Source: Malacoraja senta (taxonomy: Eukaryota). Taken from it: a stretch of 60,000 nt of DNA. The stretch is from NCBI GenBank assembly GCA_038087875.1, contig CM075995.1:9674001-9734000 (forward strand), read 5' to 3'. The notes below the pieces were generated by a model. It was not told the origin of the DNA and did no database searches. It worked only from the letters and a program-made list of their open reading frames with translations. This document shows, in pieces, positions 38,701-52,620 of this stretch; positions within the stretch are counted from its first letter, which is position 1, and each line of letters starts with the position of its first letter. The position numbers and the translations under genes are program-made.

Positions 38701-39690
38701 AAAACAATGAATGGAGTGGTCATACCTTGCAAAATCGGACGTATACCTAGACCTGCTCAATTTAAGAAACATTGCAAGGGATCCCATACTGGATTCCCCA
38801 GCCCAATGACTGATGTCTCGCCAAACCCCTGCCTGTTTTCCAGCAGCTTGTGCAACCACAAGTTCGTTCTCCGTCTGCGGTCCAGAAACAACTAAATTCA
38901 AACGCGATACTCAGAAACGTTTTTTTGATAAATCCAGTAAGCCACTTAAACCTCCCGCCAGTGGACAGGTGGTTCGCCTCCAGACCCGAAAACTATGGCC
39001 ATCTGGGTCACATCTAAGGCCCTGCCAAAGAACCACGCTCTTATCTGGTTGAAGCGGATGGAGCCATTTACAGACACAACCGTCAACATATCCTTCCAGT
39101 GAAGGGACCGCGTCCTGTGACTCCGTATCCAGATGTCTCGCGTTTTGTATACCCTCCCTCAGCCGGTCCTGCAGCTCCACTATCAGCGACCATTTCCACC
39201 GCGGCCTCCCCGTGGCGTTCAGTGACTAGCTCGCCTATCTCCCCGCCCAGTCGGGGCCCCGGTCACTTCCCCCATTCCCTCCCTGGTATCTTCTCCGGTG
39301 AAAGGAGGTGAGGCGGATTCGTACTGCACACTCGCCGGACGGGTTAGCAGGCCACCCATTAGATACGGTGATTTTGTGTAATGATACAAACTTCCCCGTA
39401 TGCGTTATTAATGTTCCGACACCCATATCGCTTTGCCACCATGTTCCTATGTACCGTTGCTTTCTTTTGTTTCTACAAGGAAAGAGGTAGATTGGTTATT
39501 TCCTACTAGCCAATTGTAGTGCTTGTTAGGTAGTGGCTCCGCCTAATATGTGTTTTATATTAACAAGAGCTTGCCTGCACCATTCAGTATGAGTAGCTGC
39601 TAAGAACTGTAATGTCCCGCAGATCGATGCTGTAAGTAGATCTAATAAACATGTGTTGTATTTTGATATGTGTTTGACTCGACTCATTAC
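35721..39690 (+). mobile_element. Second Gypsy (Mag-like) element, rearranged at the 5' end, with a 3' LTR at ~39487-39690
   Basis: PR VDTGV; RT SDWVS, MPFGINSASEVFQ, IIVDD; RH CDASQYGLGA, QIEKELLA; IN SDNGRQF; PPT aaggaaagagg; LTR with AATAAA ending ..ttaca. Confidence 0.9.
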
Positions 39691-40051
39691 ATTATTCATT
39701 AGCTCCTTTTACCCCATCCCCGCCCTATCCACTGACACATAGTCCCCACCTCACATGCGCATCTAGAGAGGGAGGGGGGTAGAGAGAGGGGGCATAGAGA
39801 GAGGGGGCAGAGGGGCAGAGACAGAGGGGCAGAGAGAGTGGGGCAGTGAGGAAGAGGGGGAGAGGGAGGGGGGGAAGGGAGGGGGGAGATACATAGATAC
39901 ATAGATACATAGAAAATAGGTGCAGGAGTAGGCCATTCGGCCTTCGAGCCTGCACCGCCATTCAATATGATCATGGCTGATCATCCAACTCAGTATCCCG
40001 TACCTGCCTTCTCTCCATACCCCCTGATCCCCTTAGCCACAAGGGCCACAT

Positions 40052-41857
40052 CTAACTCCTCTTAAATATAGCCAATGAACTGGCCTCAACTACCCTCTGT
40101 GGCAGAGAGTTCCAGAGATTCACCACTCTCTGTGTGAAAAAGTTTTTCCTCATCTCGGTCTTAAAGGATTTCCCCCTTATCCTTAAGCTGTGACCCCTTG
40201 TCCTGGACTTCCCCAACATTGGGAACAATCTTCCTGCATCTAGCCTGTCCAACCCCATAAGAATTTTGTACGTTTCTATAAGATCCCCTCTCAATCTCCT
40301 AAATTCTAGTGAGTATAAGCCAAGTCTATCCAGTCTTTCTTCATATGAAAGTCCTGACATCCCAGGAATCAGTCTGGTGAACCTTCTCTGCACTCCCTCT
40401 ATGGCTATAATGTCCTTCCTCAGATTTGGAGACCAAAACTGTACGCAATACTCCAGGTGTGGTCTCACCAAGACTCTGTACAACTGCAGTAGAACCTCCC
40501 TGCTCCTATACTCAAATCCTTTTGCTATGAAAGCTAACATACCATTCGCTTTCTTCACTGCCTGCTGCACCTGCATGCCTACTTTCAATGACTGGTGTAC
40601 CATGACACCCAGGTCTCGCTGCATCTCCCCTTTTCCTAATCGGCCACCATTTAGATAATAGTCTGCTTTCCTGTTTTTGCCACCAAAGTGGATAACCTCA
40701 CATTTATCCACATTATACTGCATCTGCCAAACATTTGCCCACTCACCCAGCCTATCCAAGTCACCTTGCAGTCTCCTAGCATCCTCCTCACAGCTAACAC
40801 TGCCCCCCAGCTTAGTGTCATCCGCAAACATGGAGATATTGCCTTCAATTCCCTCATCCAGCTCATTAATATAAATTGTAAGTAGCTGGGGTCCCAGCAC
40901 TGAGCCTTGCGGTACCCCACTAGTCACTGCCTGCCATTGTGAAAAGGACCCGTTTACTCTTTTCTTCCTGTTTGCCAGCCAGTTCTCTATCCACATCAAT
41001 ACTGAACCCCCAATACCATGTGCTTTAAGTTTGTATACTAATCTCTTATGTGGTACCTTGTCGATAGCCTTCTGAAAGTCCAGATACAACACATCCACTG
41101 GTTCTCCCCTATCCACTCTACTAGTTACATCCTCGAAAAATTCTATAAGATTCGTCAGACATGATTTACCTTTCGTAAATCCATCCTGACTTTGTCCAAT
41201 GATTTCACCACTTTCCAAATGTGCTGCTATCCAATCTTTAATAAGTGACTCTAGCAGTTTCCCCACTACCGATGTTAGACTAACTGGTCTGTAATTCCCT
41301 GTTTTCTCTCTCCCTCCCTTCTTAAAAAGTGGGGCTACGTTTGCTACCCTCCAATCCTCAGGAACTACTCCAGAATCTAAAGAGTTTTGAAAAATTATCA
41401 CTAATGCATCCACTATTTCTGGAGCTACTTCCTTAAGTACTCTGGGATGCAGCCTATCTGGCCCTGGTGATTTATCGGCCTTTAATCCATTCAATTTACC
41501 CAACACCACTTCCCGACTAACCTGGATTTCACTCAGTTCCTCCATCTCCTTTGACCCACGGCCCCCTGCTATTTCCGGCAGATTATTTATGTCTTCCTTA
41601 GTGAAGACGGAACCAAAGTAGTTATTCAATTGGTCCGCCAAATCCTTGTTCCCCATGATCAATTCACCTGTTTCTGACTGCAAGGGACCTACATTTGTTT
41701 TAACTAATCTCTTTCTCTTCACATATCTATAAAAACTTTTGCAGTCAGTTTTTATGTTCCCTGCCAGTTTCCTTTCATAATCTATTTTCCCTTTCCTAAT
41801 TAAGCCCTTTGTCCTCCTCTGCTTGTCTCTGAATTTCTCCCAGTCCTCTGGTCCCAA
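40052..41857 (-). CDS. CR1 ORF2 reverse-transcriptase region, uninterrupted 601-aa frame
   Basis: [52 protein letters not shown]. Confidence 0.85.
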   Translation of the reverse strand: MGPEDWEKFRDKQRRTKGLIRKGKIDYERKLAGNIKTDCKSFYRYVKRKRLVKTNVGPLQSETGELIMGNKDLADQLNNYFGSVFTKEDINNLPEIAGGRGSKEMEELSEIQVSREVVLGKLNGLKADKSPGPDRLHPRVLKEVAPEIVDALVIIFQNSLDSGVVPEDWRVANVAPLFKKGGREKTGNYRPVSLTSVVGKLLESLIKDWIAAHLESGEIIGQSQDGFTKGKSCLTNLIEFFEDVTSRVDRGEPVDVLYLDFQKAIDKVPHKRLVYKLKAHGIGGSVLMWIENWLANRKKRVNGSFSQWQAVTSGVPQGSVLGPQLLTIYINELDEGIEGNISMFADDTKLGGSVSCEEDARRLQGDLDRLGEWANVWQMQYNVDKCEVIHFGGKNRKADYYLNGGRLGKGEMQRDLGVMVHQSLKVGMQVQQAVKKANGMLAFIAKGFEYRSREVLLQLYRVLVRPHLEYCVQFWSPNLRKDIIAIEGVQRRFTRLIPGMSGLSYEERLDRLGLYSLEFRRLRGDLIETYKILMGLDRLDAGRLFPMLGKSRTRGHSLRIRGKSFKTEMRKNFFTQRVVNLWNSLPQRVVEASSLAIFKRS

Positions 41858-42253
41858 CTATATCATAATCATTAATTGCTATCTGCACGTTCAACTCATC
41901 CACCTTATTACGAATGCTCCTTGCATTGAGACACAAAGCCTTCAGGCTTGTTTTTACAACGCTCTTACCCCTCATACAAATATGTTGAAAAGTGGCCCTT
42001 TTTGATTTTTGCCCTGGTTTTGTGTGCCTGCCACTTTTACTTTTCACCTTGCTACCTATTGCTTCCACCCGCATTTTACACCCCTCTGTTTCTCTGCTCA
42101 CCCATTTAAGAACCCCACCACCTCTTATTCTCTGTTTATTATTGTTTTCTTCTTTCCCCGCTACATGTTGGGTCTGAGTGCTTTCCTTCTCTGCCTCCTG
42201 CCTCACACACTGTCTAATAGCATTCTCTATTTGAGTCCCTCCCCCCAACCATT

Positions 42254-42575
42254 CTAGTTTAAAGTCTCCCCAGTAGCCTTTGCAGATCTCCCCGCCAGGA
42301 TATCGGTCCCCCTCAGGTTCAAGTGCAACCCATCCTTTTTGTACAGGTCGAACCTTCCACAAAAGAGGTCCCAATGATCCAGAAATTTGAATCCCTGCCT
42401 TCTGCACCAGTCCTTCAGCCACGCATTTATCCTCCACCTCGCTCCATTCCTACTCTCACTGTCGCGTGGCACAGGCGGTAATCCTGAGATTGTTACCTTT
42501 GCTGTCCTTCTCTTTAATTCCCCTCCTAACTCCCTAAATTCTCCTTTCAGGACCTCTTCTCTTTTTTTACCTATG
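42254..42575 (-). pseudogene. CR1 ORF1 SGNH/GDSL esterase C-terminal half
   Basis: DIGK..VTISGLPPVPR..INAWLKDWC..FLDHW..LYKKDGLHLN..G. Confidence 0.8.
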
Positions 42576-43327
42576 TCAGGTGTAGAGGGGGTTGGGGGGA
42601 TGGAGAGTGGGGAGGGGGAGGGGAGAGGAGAGGGGGAGAGGGGGGAGAGGGGGAGGAGAGGGGAAGGAGAGGGGGGCAGAGAGTGAGGGGAGAGGGGGAG
42701 GGAGGGGGAGCGGGGAGAGGGTCTAAGGGGGAGGAGGAGGGCGAGGGGAAGGGGGAGGGGGTGGGAGGGAGGAGGGGAGGGAAAGGAGGGATAGAGGCGG
42801 GGAGATGCGTGGAGAGGGGGAGAGGGGGAGAGAGGGGGGAGGAGTGGGGAGAGTGGGGGAGGAGTGGGGGTAGGGAGGGGGGCAGTGGGAGAGATGGAGG
42901 GAGTGGGAGAGACGAGGGGAAGGGGGAGAGGATGGGGAGGGGGAAAGGGAGGGGGAGGGAGAGAGGAGGGGGGAGAGAGGGGAGAGGGTGGACTTGAACT
43001 CGGCGAGGTGGGCGGCATGGACACTGACCGGGCGGGGCCGACTGCGAGCGGGCGGCGGGCCTCGGGAGTGCGCGGAACCTCGGAAGCCCTGGAAGCCCAA
43101 CCAAATTACTGCGTGTTCAGCGGCTTCAATCCAGAGTCCGGGGGGGAGGGCGGCTGGGCTGTGGGCGGGGTAAACGGCCCGGCCGAGTGCGAGTCGACTG
43201 CGAGCGGGCGGTGACCAAATGACTGCGAGTCGGGGGGGGGGGGGTGACGTGACTCGCAGCGCGTGGAAAACAGTGCCACAGCGGGCGTTGTGAGCAGACA
43301 ACATTTTGATATCATTAGCTCATTAAC

Positions 43328-44325
43328 TTCAAGATTCAAGAGAGTTTATTTTCATGTCCCAGATAGGACAATGACATTCTTGCTTTGCTTCAGCACAACA
43401 GAACATTGTAGGCATGACTACAGATCAGTGTGTCCGTATACCATTATATAAATATACACACACATGAATAAATAAACTGATAAAGTGCAAATAAACAGAT
43501 AATGGGCTATTATTGTTCAGAGTTTTGTCCCACCCACGTTTAATAGCCTGATGGCTGTGGGGAAGTAGCTATTCCTGAACCTGGTCGTTGCACTCTTCTG
43601 GCTCCTGTACCTTCTACCTGAAGGTAGCAGGGAGATGAGTGTGTGGCCAGGATGGGTGTGGGTCCTTGATGATGCTGCCAGCCTTTTTGAGGCAGCGACT
43701 GCGATAGATCCCCTCGATGGAAGGGAGGTCAGAGCCGATGATGGACTGGGCAGTGTTTACTACATTTTGTAGTCTTTTTCCGCTCCAGGGCGCTCAAGTT
43801 GCCGAACCAAGCCACGATGCATGCTCTCTACTGTGCACCTGTAGAAGTTAGAGAGAGTCCTCCTTGACATGCCGACTCTCTGTAATCTTCTCAGGAAGTA
43901 GAGGCGCTGATGTGCTTTCGTAACAATTGCATCAGTGTTCTCGGACCGGGAAAGGTCTTCAGAGATATGCACGCCCAGGAATTGAAGCTCTTGACCCTTT
44001 CCACCATCGACCCGTTGATATAAACGGGACTGTGGGTCCCCATCCTACCCCTTCCAAAGTCCACAATCAGTTCCTTGGTTTTGCTGGTGTTGAGGGCCAG
44101 GTTATTGTGCTGGCACCATATGGACAGTCGCTCGATCTCTCTTCTACACTCTGACTCGTCCCCATCAGTGATACGCCCCACAACAGTGGTGTCGTCAGCG
44201 AACTTGATGATGGAGTTCGCACTATGACCGGCTACGCAGTCATGAGTATAGAGTGAGTACAGCAGGGGGCTGAACACGTAGCCTTGAGGTGTTCCCGTGC
44301 TGATTGTTATCGAGGCTGACACATT
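43328..44325 (-). mobile_element. Rex1/Babar-type LINE 3' fragment
   Basis: STGTPQG..SPLLYSLYTHDC, IIKFADDTTVVG, QRLYFLRRL; tail ttcaagattcaag. Confidence 0.85.
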
Positions 44326-44497
44326 TAAAAAATATTACAGATTTGTGAACAATTTTAATAAATAACTAAAGAAATAATGCATCACATTTTCAGATGAGGC
44401 GATTTTTGACATCATGGCATAAATCTCTATCGGAATATCTAAAAATTTCACCATTAGCACGTCGTGTTTTCGAGAAGATGTGAATCACAGACGAGCA

Positions 44498-44820
<323 letters not shown>

Positions 44821-46052
44821 ACACATCCAAGATCAGACTTTTAATAATTACTAGACTAAGTGGGACCCGTTGGGGGGGGGGGGGGCCTGCAGCGTCACAC
44901 ACAAACTATCCACCCTCTCCCACACACACACTATCCACTTCGGTGCATAAACTCATAAAATGACTGGCGCATAGGATTGCAATACAACTCTACACAAATG
45001 GGAATTCAAGAGGGCAGCAATGGGCAAGCATGGTTCTCCCCGCACCCAAATGACTGATCTCCTCTTCCCGCTGTTCCCTCCAGCTTCCCTCTCCCACCTC
45101 CCTCTCACTCCTCCTCCCCCTTCCTCTTCGGCCCTTCAGCCCAAGTAGTCCACACCGCCCAAGGTGTGGTTTATTGGAGTTTTGTCATAAAGTACAGAGT
45201 AGACTTGTCAATAATACCTTCTGTATTTATATATAAAATATTAATGTTCATAGAATATAGCATGGAACAGGCCCTTCGGCCACTATGTCTGTGCCGACAC
45301 TGCACACAATACTCTAACTGTAGCCTGATCAAACTTGCTAATGTTTCTGCTCAGTGCCCTGATCGTGATAGCAAGGATACTTTGTTATCCTATCCTTTGT
45401 GTTGTTACTTTCAGGACCTCCAAGATCCCTCTATAGATCAATGCTCCTCAGGATCCTTCCATTCACTGTACATGTTTATCCCTCATGTTACTACTGCGTT
45501 TAAAAGAAATAAAAGGAAAGACACCTAAACTCACCTTGTCACACCGCTGTACTGATCCCAAAATAATCCTTCACAAAACATCCACTCCATTGTCTCTCAC
45601 AGGAAGTCACTTCCATCCCTCCACGACATGACAGTCAGTTTACCTGCTCAGCCTTCCTGAAGTGCATGGTTTACAAGTTTGAGGGTCCAGAAGATAGCAG
45701 TGCAGGTTGAAAAGGTGGTGAAGATGGAGCAAATAATATATCAACAGATGCTAATATCACTCCAATGTTACAGTGACAAACCCACTCCCACCGTTACTGT
45801 ATCCCAGCGTTGTAGTGATAGACCCATTCCCACCATTGCCCTAGAGTTATACAGCACCAGACCCGTCCCCACCGTTACTGCATCCTAGTGTTGTATAGCA
45901 ACAGACCCGTCCCCACCGGTACCGTACCCGTGTTGTGATAGACCCATTCCCGCCATTACTGCATCCCAGTGTTGTAGTTATAGACCCGTCCACACTGGTA
46001 CTGTACCCGTGTTGTAGTGATAGACCCATTCCCACCGTTACTGCATCCTAGA

Positions 46053-49000
46053 GTTAGAAACATAGAAAACAGGTGCAGGAGGAGGCCATTCGGCCTTTCG
46101 AGCCAGCACCACCATTCATTGTGATCATGGCTGATCATCCCCAATCAATAACCCGTGCCTGCCTACTCCCCATATCCCTTGATTCCACTAGCCCCTAGAG
46201 CTCTATTTAACTCTCTCTTAATCCATCCAGTGATTTGGCCTCCACTGTCCTCTGTGCCAGAGAATTCCACAAATTCACAACTCTCTGGGTGAAAACGTTT
46301 TTTCTCACCTCAGTCTTAAATGGCCTGCCCTTTATTCTAAGACTGTGCCCCTGGTTCTGGACTCGCCCAACATTGGGGACATTTTTCCTGCATCTAGTTT
46401 GTTCAGTCCTTTTATAATTTTATGTTTCTATAAGATCCCCCCTCATCTTTCTAAACTCCACGTAATACAAGCCCAGTCTTTTCAATCTTTCCTCATGACA
46501 GTCCCGCCATCCCAGGGATCAATCTTGTGAACCTACGCTGCACTGCCTCAATCACAAGGATGTCCTTCCTCAAATTAGGAGATCAAAACTGTACGCAATA
46601 CTCCAGATGTGGTCTTACCAGAGCCCTATACAACTGCAGATGAAACCTCTCTACTACTATACTGAAATCCTCTTGTTATGGCCAACATTCCATTAGCATT
46701 CTTCACTGCCTGCTGTACCTGAACGCCAACTTTCAGTGACCGGTGTACAAGGTCACACAGGTCTCGCTGCACTCCCCCTTACCTAACCTAACCCCATTGG
46801 GATAATAATCTGCCCCCTTGTTTTTGCCACCAAAGTGGATAACCTCACATTTATCTATATTACACTGCATCTGCACGCATCTGCCCACTCACTCAACCTG
46901 TCCAGGTCACCCTGCAACCTCCTAACATCCTCTTCACAGTTCACACTGCCACCCAGCTTTGTGTCATCCGCAAACTTGCTAGTATTGCTCCTAATTCCCT
47001 CTTCCAAATCATTAAATATATATGGTAAACAGTTGCGGCCCCAACACCGAGCCTTGCGGCACTCCACTCGCCACTGCCTGCCATTCTGAAATGGACCCAT
47101 TCACTCCTACTCTTTGCTTTCGGTCAGCCAACCAATTTTCTATCCATGTCAACACCCTACCCCCAATACCATGTTATCTAATTTTAGTCACCAGTCTCCC
47201 GTGCGGGACACCATCCTAATTGACCGTCTCCGGTATGGGGTTGGTATTGATGGCACTGCCCTGAGCTGGTTCATCTCCTACCTCAAAGGTAGGAGTTTCT
47301 CGTCTAACATAGGCAACTCTTTCTCCTCCCCAGCTAATTTCTGCTGTTAGGTTCCACAAGGTTCCATCCTTGGCCCCATTCTCTTCTCCCTGTATATGCT
47401 CCTCTTAGGCCAAGTCATTGAAAGGCACGGCATTTCCTTCCATTGCTACGCAGACGATACACAACTCTATCTCCCCTTGAAGCCCAAAAAACAATCAAAT
47501 CTGTTTAACCTTACCCAATGCCTTGAGGATATAAAGTGTTGGATGGCCCAGAACTTCCTCCAACTAAACGAGAGTAAGTCTGAGGTCATCCTTCTCGGCC
47601 CCTCGGACTCAATCAAAATGATAGCAGGCAGCCTTGGAAGCCTTACCCCACTACTCAAACCTCACGTTAAAAACCATGGCGTGATATTTGATTCAGCACT
47701 GAAATTTGACGAACAAGTCAATGCCGTGGTAAAAGCTAGCTTCTTTCAGCTTCGGACGATAGCTAAAATAAAACAATTCCTCCAGTTTGATGACCTCGAA
47801 AAGATCATCCACACATTTATCTCCTCCCGCCTAGATTACTGCAACTCCCTTTACACTGGCATCAGCCAATCTTCCCTGTCCCGCCTGCAACTGGTCCAAA
47901 ACGCCGCAGTGAGACTCCTGACGGGCACCCGAAAAAAGGGACCACATCACCCCGATCCTGGCCTCTCTCTACTGGCTCCCTGTGCGATTCTGTATAAACT
48001 TCAAGATCCTCCTCCATGTCTACAAAGCCCTCAATGGGCTTGCCCCCACCTACATAAAAAGTCTTCTCACCCACCACTCCACCTCCAGGCCCCTCAGATC
48101 GGCCGACTTGGGGTTGCTCAATATCCCGCGGTCTAGGCATAAGCTCAGGGGCGACCGCGCCTTTGCAGTTGCAGCCCCTAGACTGTGGAACAGCATCCCC
48201 TTTCCCATCAGAACTGCCCCCTCCATCGACTCTTTTCAGTCAAGACTAAAGACGTATCTATACTCCCAAGCCTTTCGTGACGTCCTCTGAGTGAGGGCTA
48301 CATGTATATATGTATGTAGTTTGTTTTGTTTGTGCTATTCTTATAACAAATGTAAAGCACTTTGGCCAACAAGGGTTGTTTTTTAAATGTGCTATATAAA
48401 TAAATGTGACTTGACTTGACATTATCAAAGGCTTTCTGAAAGTCTAGATACACTGCATCCACTGGCACCCCTTCATCCATTTTACTTGTCACATCCTCAA
48501 AAAATTCCAAAAGATTAGTCAAGCATGATTTCCCTTTCATAAATCCATGTTGACTTGGACTAATCCTTTTACTGCTATCTAAATGCCTCATTATTACCTC
48601 TTTAATAATTGACTCCAGCATCTTGCCCACCACCGAAGTCAGGCTAACTGGTCTGTAATTCCCCGTTTTCTCTCTCGCTCCTTTCTTGAAAAGCAGGATA
48701 TTAGCTATCCTCCAATCCACACGAACTGATCCTGAATCTATTGAACATTGGAAAATGATCACCGATGCGTCCACTATTTCTAGAGCCACCTCTCTGAGGA
48801 CCCTGGGATGCAGACCATCAGGCCCAGGGGATTTATCATCCTTCAGTCCCATTAGCCTACCCAATACTATTTCTCGCCTAATGAAAATTTCTTTCAGTTC
48901 CTCTACCCCCTTAGATCCTCTGTCCTCCAGATTGTTTGTGTCTTCCTTAGTGAAGACAGATCCGAAGTACTTATTCAACTCTTCTGCCATTTCTGTTGCC

Positions 49001-49304
49001 CATAATAATTTCACCCGTGTCTGCCTTCAAGGGACCCACATTTGACTTTGCTACTCTTTTTCCCTTAACATATCTAAAGAAGCTTTTACTGTCCTTCTTT
49101 ATATTCCTGGCCAGCTTCCCCTCGTACTTCATCTTTTCAGCCCGTTTTGTTTCCTTCTGTTGTCCTATGAACGTTTCCCAATCCTCTGGCTTCCGGCTAC
49201 TCTTTGCTGTGTTATACATCTTTTCTTTTAGTTTTATTCTATCCCTAACTTCTTTTGTCAGCCACGGTTGCCTCCTACTCCCCTTAGAATCTTTCTTCCT
49301 TTTT
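46053..49304 (-). mobile_element. CR1 LINE, 5'-truncated, interrupted by an L2
   Basis: Tail catagaaa..; RT pieces at 46855-47200 and 48421-49300 ([24 protein letters not shown]). Confidence 0.9.
47210..48420 (+). mobile_element. L2-type LINE 3' part with (GACTT)n tail
   Basis: [50 protein letters not shown]; tail gacttgacttgac. Confidence 0.9.
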
Positions 49305-51063
49305 TGTAGTGATAGACCCATTCCCGCCGTTACTGCATCCGAATGTTGTAGTGATAGACCCATTCCCACCATTGCCTTAGTGTTATACAGCAACAGACCC
49401 ATTCCGACCGTTACTGCATCCCAGTGTTGTAGTGATAGACCCGTCCACACCGGTACTGTACCCGTGTTGTAGTGATAGACCCATTCCCGCTGTTACTGCA
49501 TCCTAGTGTTGTACAGCAAAAGACCCGTCCACACCGGTACTGTACCCGTGTTGTAGTGATAGACCCGTTCCCACCATTGCTAGTGTTATACAGCAACAGA
49601 CCCATTCCCACTGTTACTGCATCCTAGTGCTATCCAGCAACAGGCCCGCCCCCACCAGTACTGTACCTCAGTGTTGTAGTGACAGACCCACCCCCACTGG
49701 TACTGTACCTCAGTGTTGTAGTGACACACCCGCCCCCACTGGTACTGTATCCCAGTGTTGTAGTGACACACCCACCCTCACTGGTACTGTACCTCAGTGT
49801 TGTAGTGACACACCCACCCCCACTGGTACTGTACCTCATTGTAGTGACACACCCGCCCCCACTGGTACTGTATCCCAGTGTTATAGTGACACACCCACCC
49901 CCACTGGTACTGTATCCCAGTGTTGTGGTGACACACCCACCCCCACTGGTACTGTACCTCAGTGTTGTAGTGACACACCCACCCCCACTGGTACTGTACC
50001 TCAGTGTTGTAGTGACACACCCACCCCCACTGGTACTGTACCTCAGTGTTGTAGTGACACACCCACCCCCACTGGTACTGTACCTCATTGTAGTGACACA
50101 CCCGCCCCCACTGGTACTGTACCTAGTGTTGTAGTGACAGACCCGTCTCCACCGTTACTGCATCCCAGTGTTTTACAGCAACAGACCCGCCCCCACCAGT
50201 ACTGTATCCCAATGTTATACAGCAACAGGCCCGTCCCCACCGGTAGTGTACCCGTTATGCAGCAACTAGTCCCACTAGTACTGTACCCCAATGTTATACA
50301 ACATGACTTGACCCCACCAGCACTGTATTATACAGTGAAAGACCCGTCCGCACCAATATTGTACCCCAATGTTTTACAGCAATAGACCCATTCAGTGTAA
50401 TGGTGTCAGTTGGTCAAATCATTGGCCACTTGTATATATATTAATTTATCTTTTATTTGTGCCTCTACATCGAGGCGGTTGTAACAGGTTATCTTCTGTA
50501 CAGTGGTTGGTGATTCGAATTGGAGTACAATTAGTTAGTTTGTTAAACTCACTGCTTTAATATAAACATATATATTAAGATTCCCTGACAGGTTAGTAGA
50601 GCATGCATAGCAAAGTAATCCACCCATAAAACAGTAACTGGGAGATGCTCAGACCAGGGATAAACTGGTAGATCCAGGGCTCATCCCGAGGTGAAGGTTG
50701 CTGTGATCAGTGTGTATTGGACACAGAATCCTCAGGGATCAGAGCCTTGCGAGGAATAATGACTGTCCCTGTGTTTCCTTACTTGTCCTGGCCAAGTATC
50801 CGGAATGTTCCTGAGTCTGAGTGAAGGTTTCACTGTCTGACGGCAATCTTGTTACTTTGCAGCAAGATGTCCATTGGAAGTAACAAGGGATCAGCCTTCA
50901 GGACAGGTAAACATCACACTCGGCAACATATAGAGGGAAGGAGTAGCCATCATGGCGCCAGGCTTCACCGGGAAGACAGGCTAAAATCCTCCACATTTCA
51001 GATGGGTTCATTTCAAATAGCACAGTTGAACTCAACAAGGTGTGAGGCACAGGTAGGGAAGAC

Positions 51064-51578
51064 AGTCAGAAACTTTTCCTGATAGTGGAAATGTCAAAGA
51101 CTAGAGGGCATAGCTTTAAGATGGAACAACGTTTAAAGATGTAATGGCACAAAGAGAGTTAGAGCTCTTGGGATTAACGGAATCAAGGGGTATGGGGAGA
51201 AGGCAGGAACGGGGTACTGATTGTGGATGATCAGCCATGATCACATTGAATAGCAGTGCTGGCTCGAAGGGCCGAATGGCATACTCCTGTAACTATTGTC
51301 CATCTATCTATCTATGTATCTAAAAGGGTGGTGGGGGCCTGGAACGTGCTGCCAGGGGTGGTGGTGGAGCAGATACGATAGTGGTGTTTAAAGGCTTTTA
51401 GATAGGCACATGGATATGCAGGGAATAGAGGGATATGGATCACGAGTAGGCAGACGAGATTTGCAACCTCGGTACACATGACAAAAAACTAAACTAAACT
51501 AGTTTAACTTGGCATCATGCTTGGCACTAACATTGTGGGATCAAGGGCCTGTTTCTTTATTGTACTATTCTAAGTTTC
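51064..51578 (+). mobile_element. Two nested CR1 3'-end fragments
   Basis: actagagggcatagctttaag..; inner copy ends gaagggccgaatggc..tatctatc; outer copy ends gggcctgtttc..tactattcta. Confidence 0.7.
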
Positions 51579-51684
51579 CAACCACAGCTCTCATTACCTG
51601 CTATGCTTTCTGAATGAAGTTCCCACATCTGCTGGGAGGAGACCACACATGGAGGCCCCTCCATTTCTCCTCAAATCTATCCAT

Positions 51685-52620
51685 TGTCAGGGAGAGGGTG
51701 CAAGGGTCAGAGTGTTAGGGAGAGGGTATAGCGGTCAGAGGGTCAGGGAGGGGGTGTAACGGTCAGAGTGAGTGTATAGGGGTCAGAGTGTAAGGGAGGG
51801 GGTATAGGGGTCAGAGTGTCAGGGAGGGGGTATAGGGGTCAGTGTCAGGAATGGGGTATAGGGGGTCTGTCAGGGAGAGGGTATAGGGGTCAGAGTGTCA
51901 AGGAGAGGGTATAGGGGTCAGAGTGTCAGGTATGGGGTATAGGGGGTCAGAGTGTCACAGAGGGTGTATAGGGGTCAGAGTGTCAGAGAGGGGGTATAGG
52001 GGTCAGAGTGTCAGGTATGGGGTATAGGGGTCAGAGTGTCAGGTATGGGGTATCAGAGTGTCAGGGAGAGGGTATAGGGGGTCAGAGTGTCAGGTATAGG
52101 GGTCAGAGTGTCAGGTATGGGGTATAGGGGGTCAGAGTGTCACGGAGGGGGTATAGGGGTCAGAGTGTCAGGTATAGGGTATAGGGGTCAGAGTGTCAGG
52201 TATGGGGTATAGGGGTCAGAGTGTCAGGGAGGGGGTATAGGGGTCAGAGTGTCAGGTATGGGGTATAGGGGTCAGAGTGTCAATGAGGGGGTATAGAGTT
52301 CAGAGTGTCAGGGAGGGGGTATAGGGGTCAGAGTCTCAGGGAGGGGGCATAGGGGTCAGAGTGTCAGGAAGTGGGTATAGGGGTCAGAGTGTCAGGTATG
52401 GGGTATAGGGGGTCAGAGTGTCATGGAGGGGATGCAAGGGTCAGGGAGAGGGTATAGGGGTCAGAGTGTCAGGGAGAGGGTATAGGGGGTCAGTGCATTG
52501 GAGGGGATGCAAGGGTCAGAGAGAGGGTATAGGGGTCAGAATGTCATGGAGGGGATGCAAGGGTCAGTGTGGGTGCAAAGGTCAGAGTGTCAGGGAGGGG
52601 GTAGAGGGCTCAGAGTTTGA
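51685..52620. repeat. ~28-bp minisatellite (ggggtcagagtgtcagggagggggtata)
   Basis: Tandem units. Confidence 0.92.

Larger units (their letters stand above)
39888..42577 (-). mobile_element. CR1 LINE: partial ORF1 esterase, ORF2 with the endonuclease deleted, intact RT and 3' tail
   Basis: Tail (tatgtatc)n; 601-aa RT frame at 40052-41857; EN start LNARSIRNK..YDIVG; ORF1 with DGLHLN. Confidence 0.93.
45760..50390. repeat. ~40-42-bp minisatellite (pieces at 45760-46052 and 49305-50390) split by a CR1
   Basis: Units ccgttactgcatcccagtgttgtagtgatagacccattccca and cccactggtactgtacctcagtgttgtagtgacacacccac. Confidence 0.9.

Noticed and set aside
45760..50390. CRISPR-like regularly spaced repeats / 252-aa Cys-Thr-Pro ORF
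   Set aside because: Contiguous tandem units without unique spacers, no cas genes, eukaryotic context
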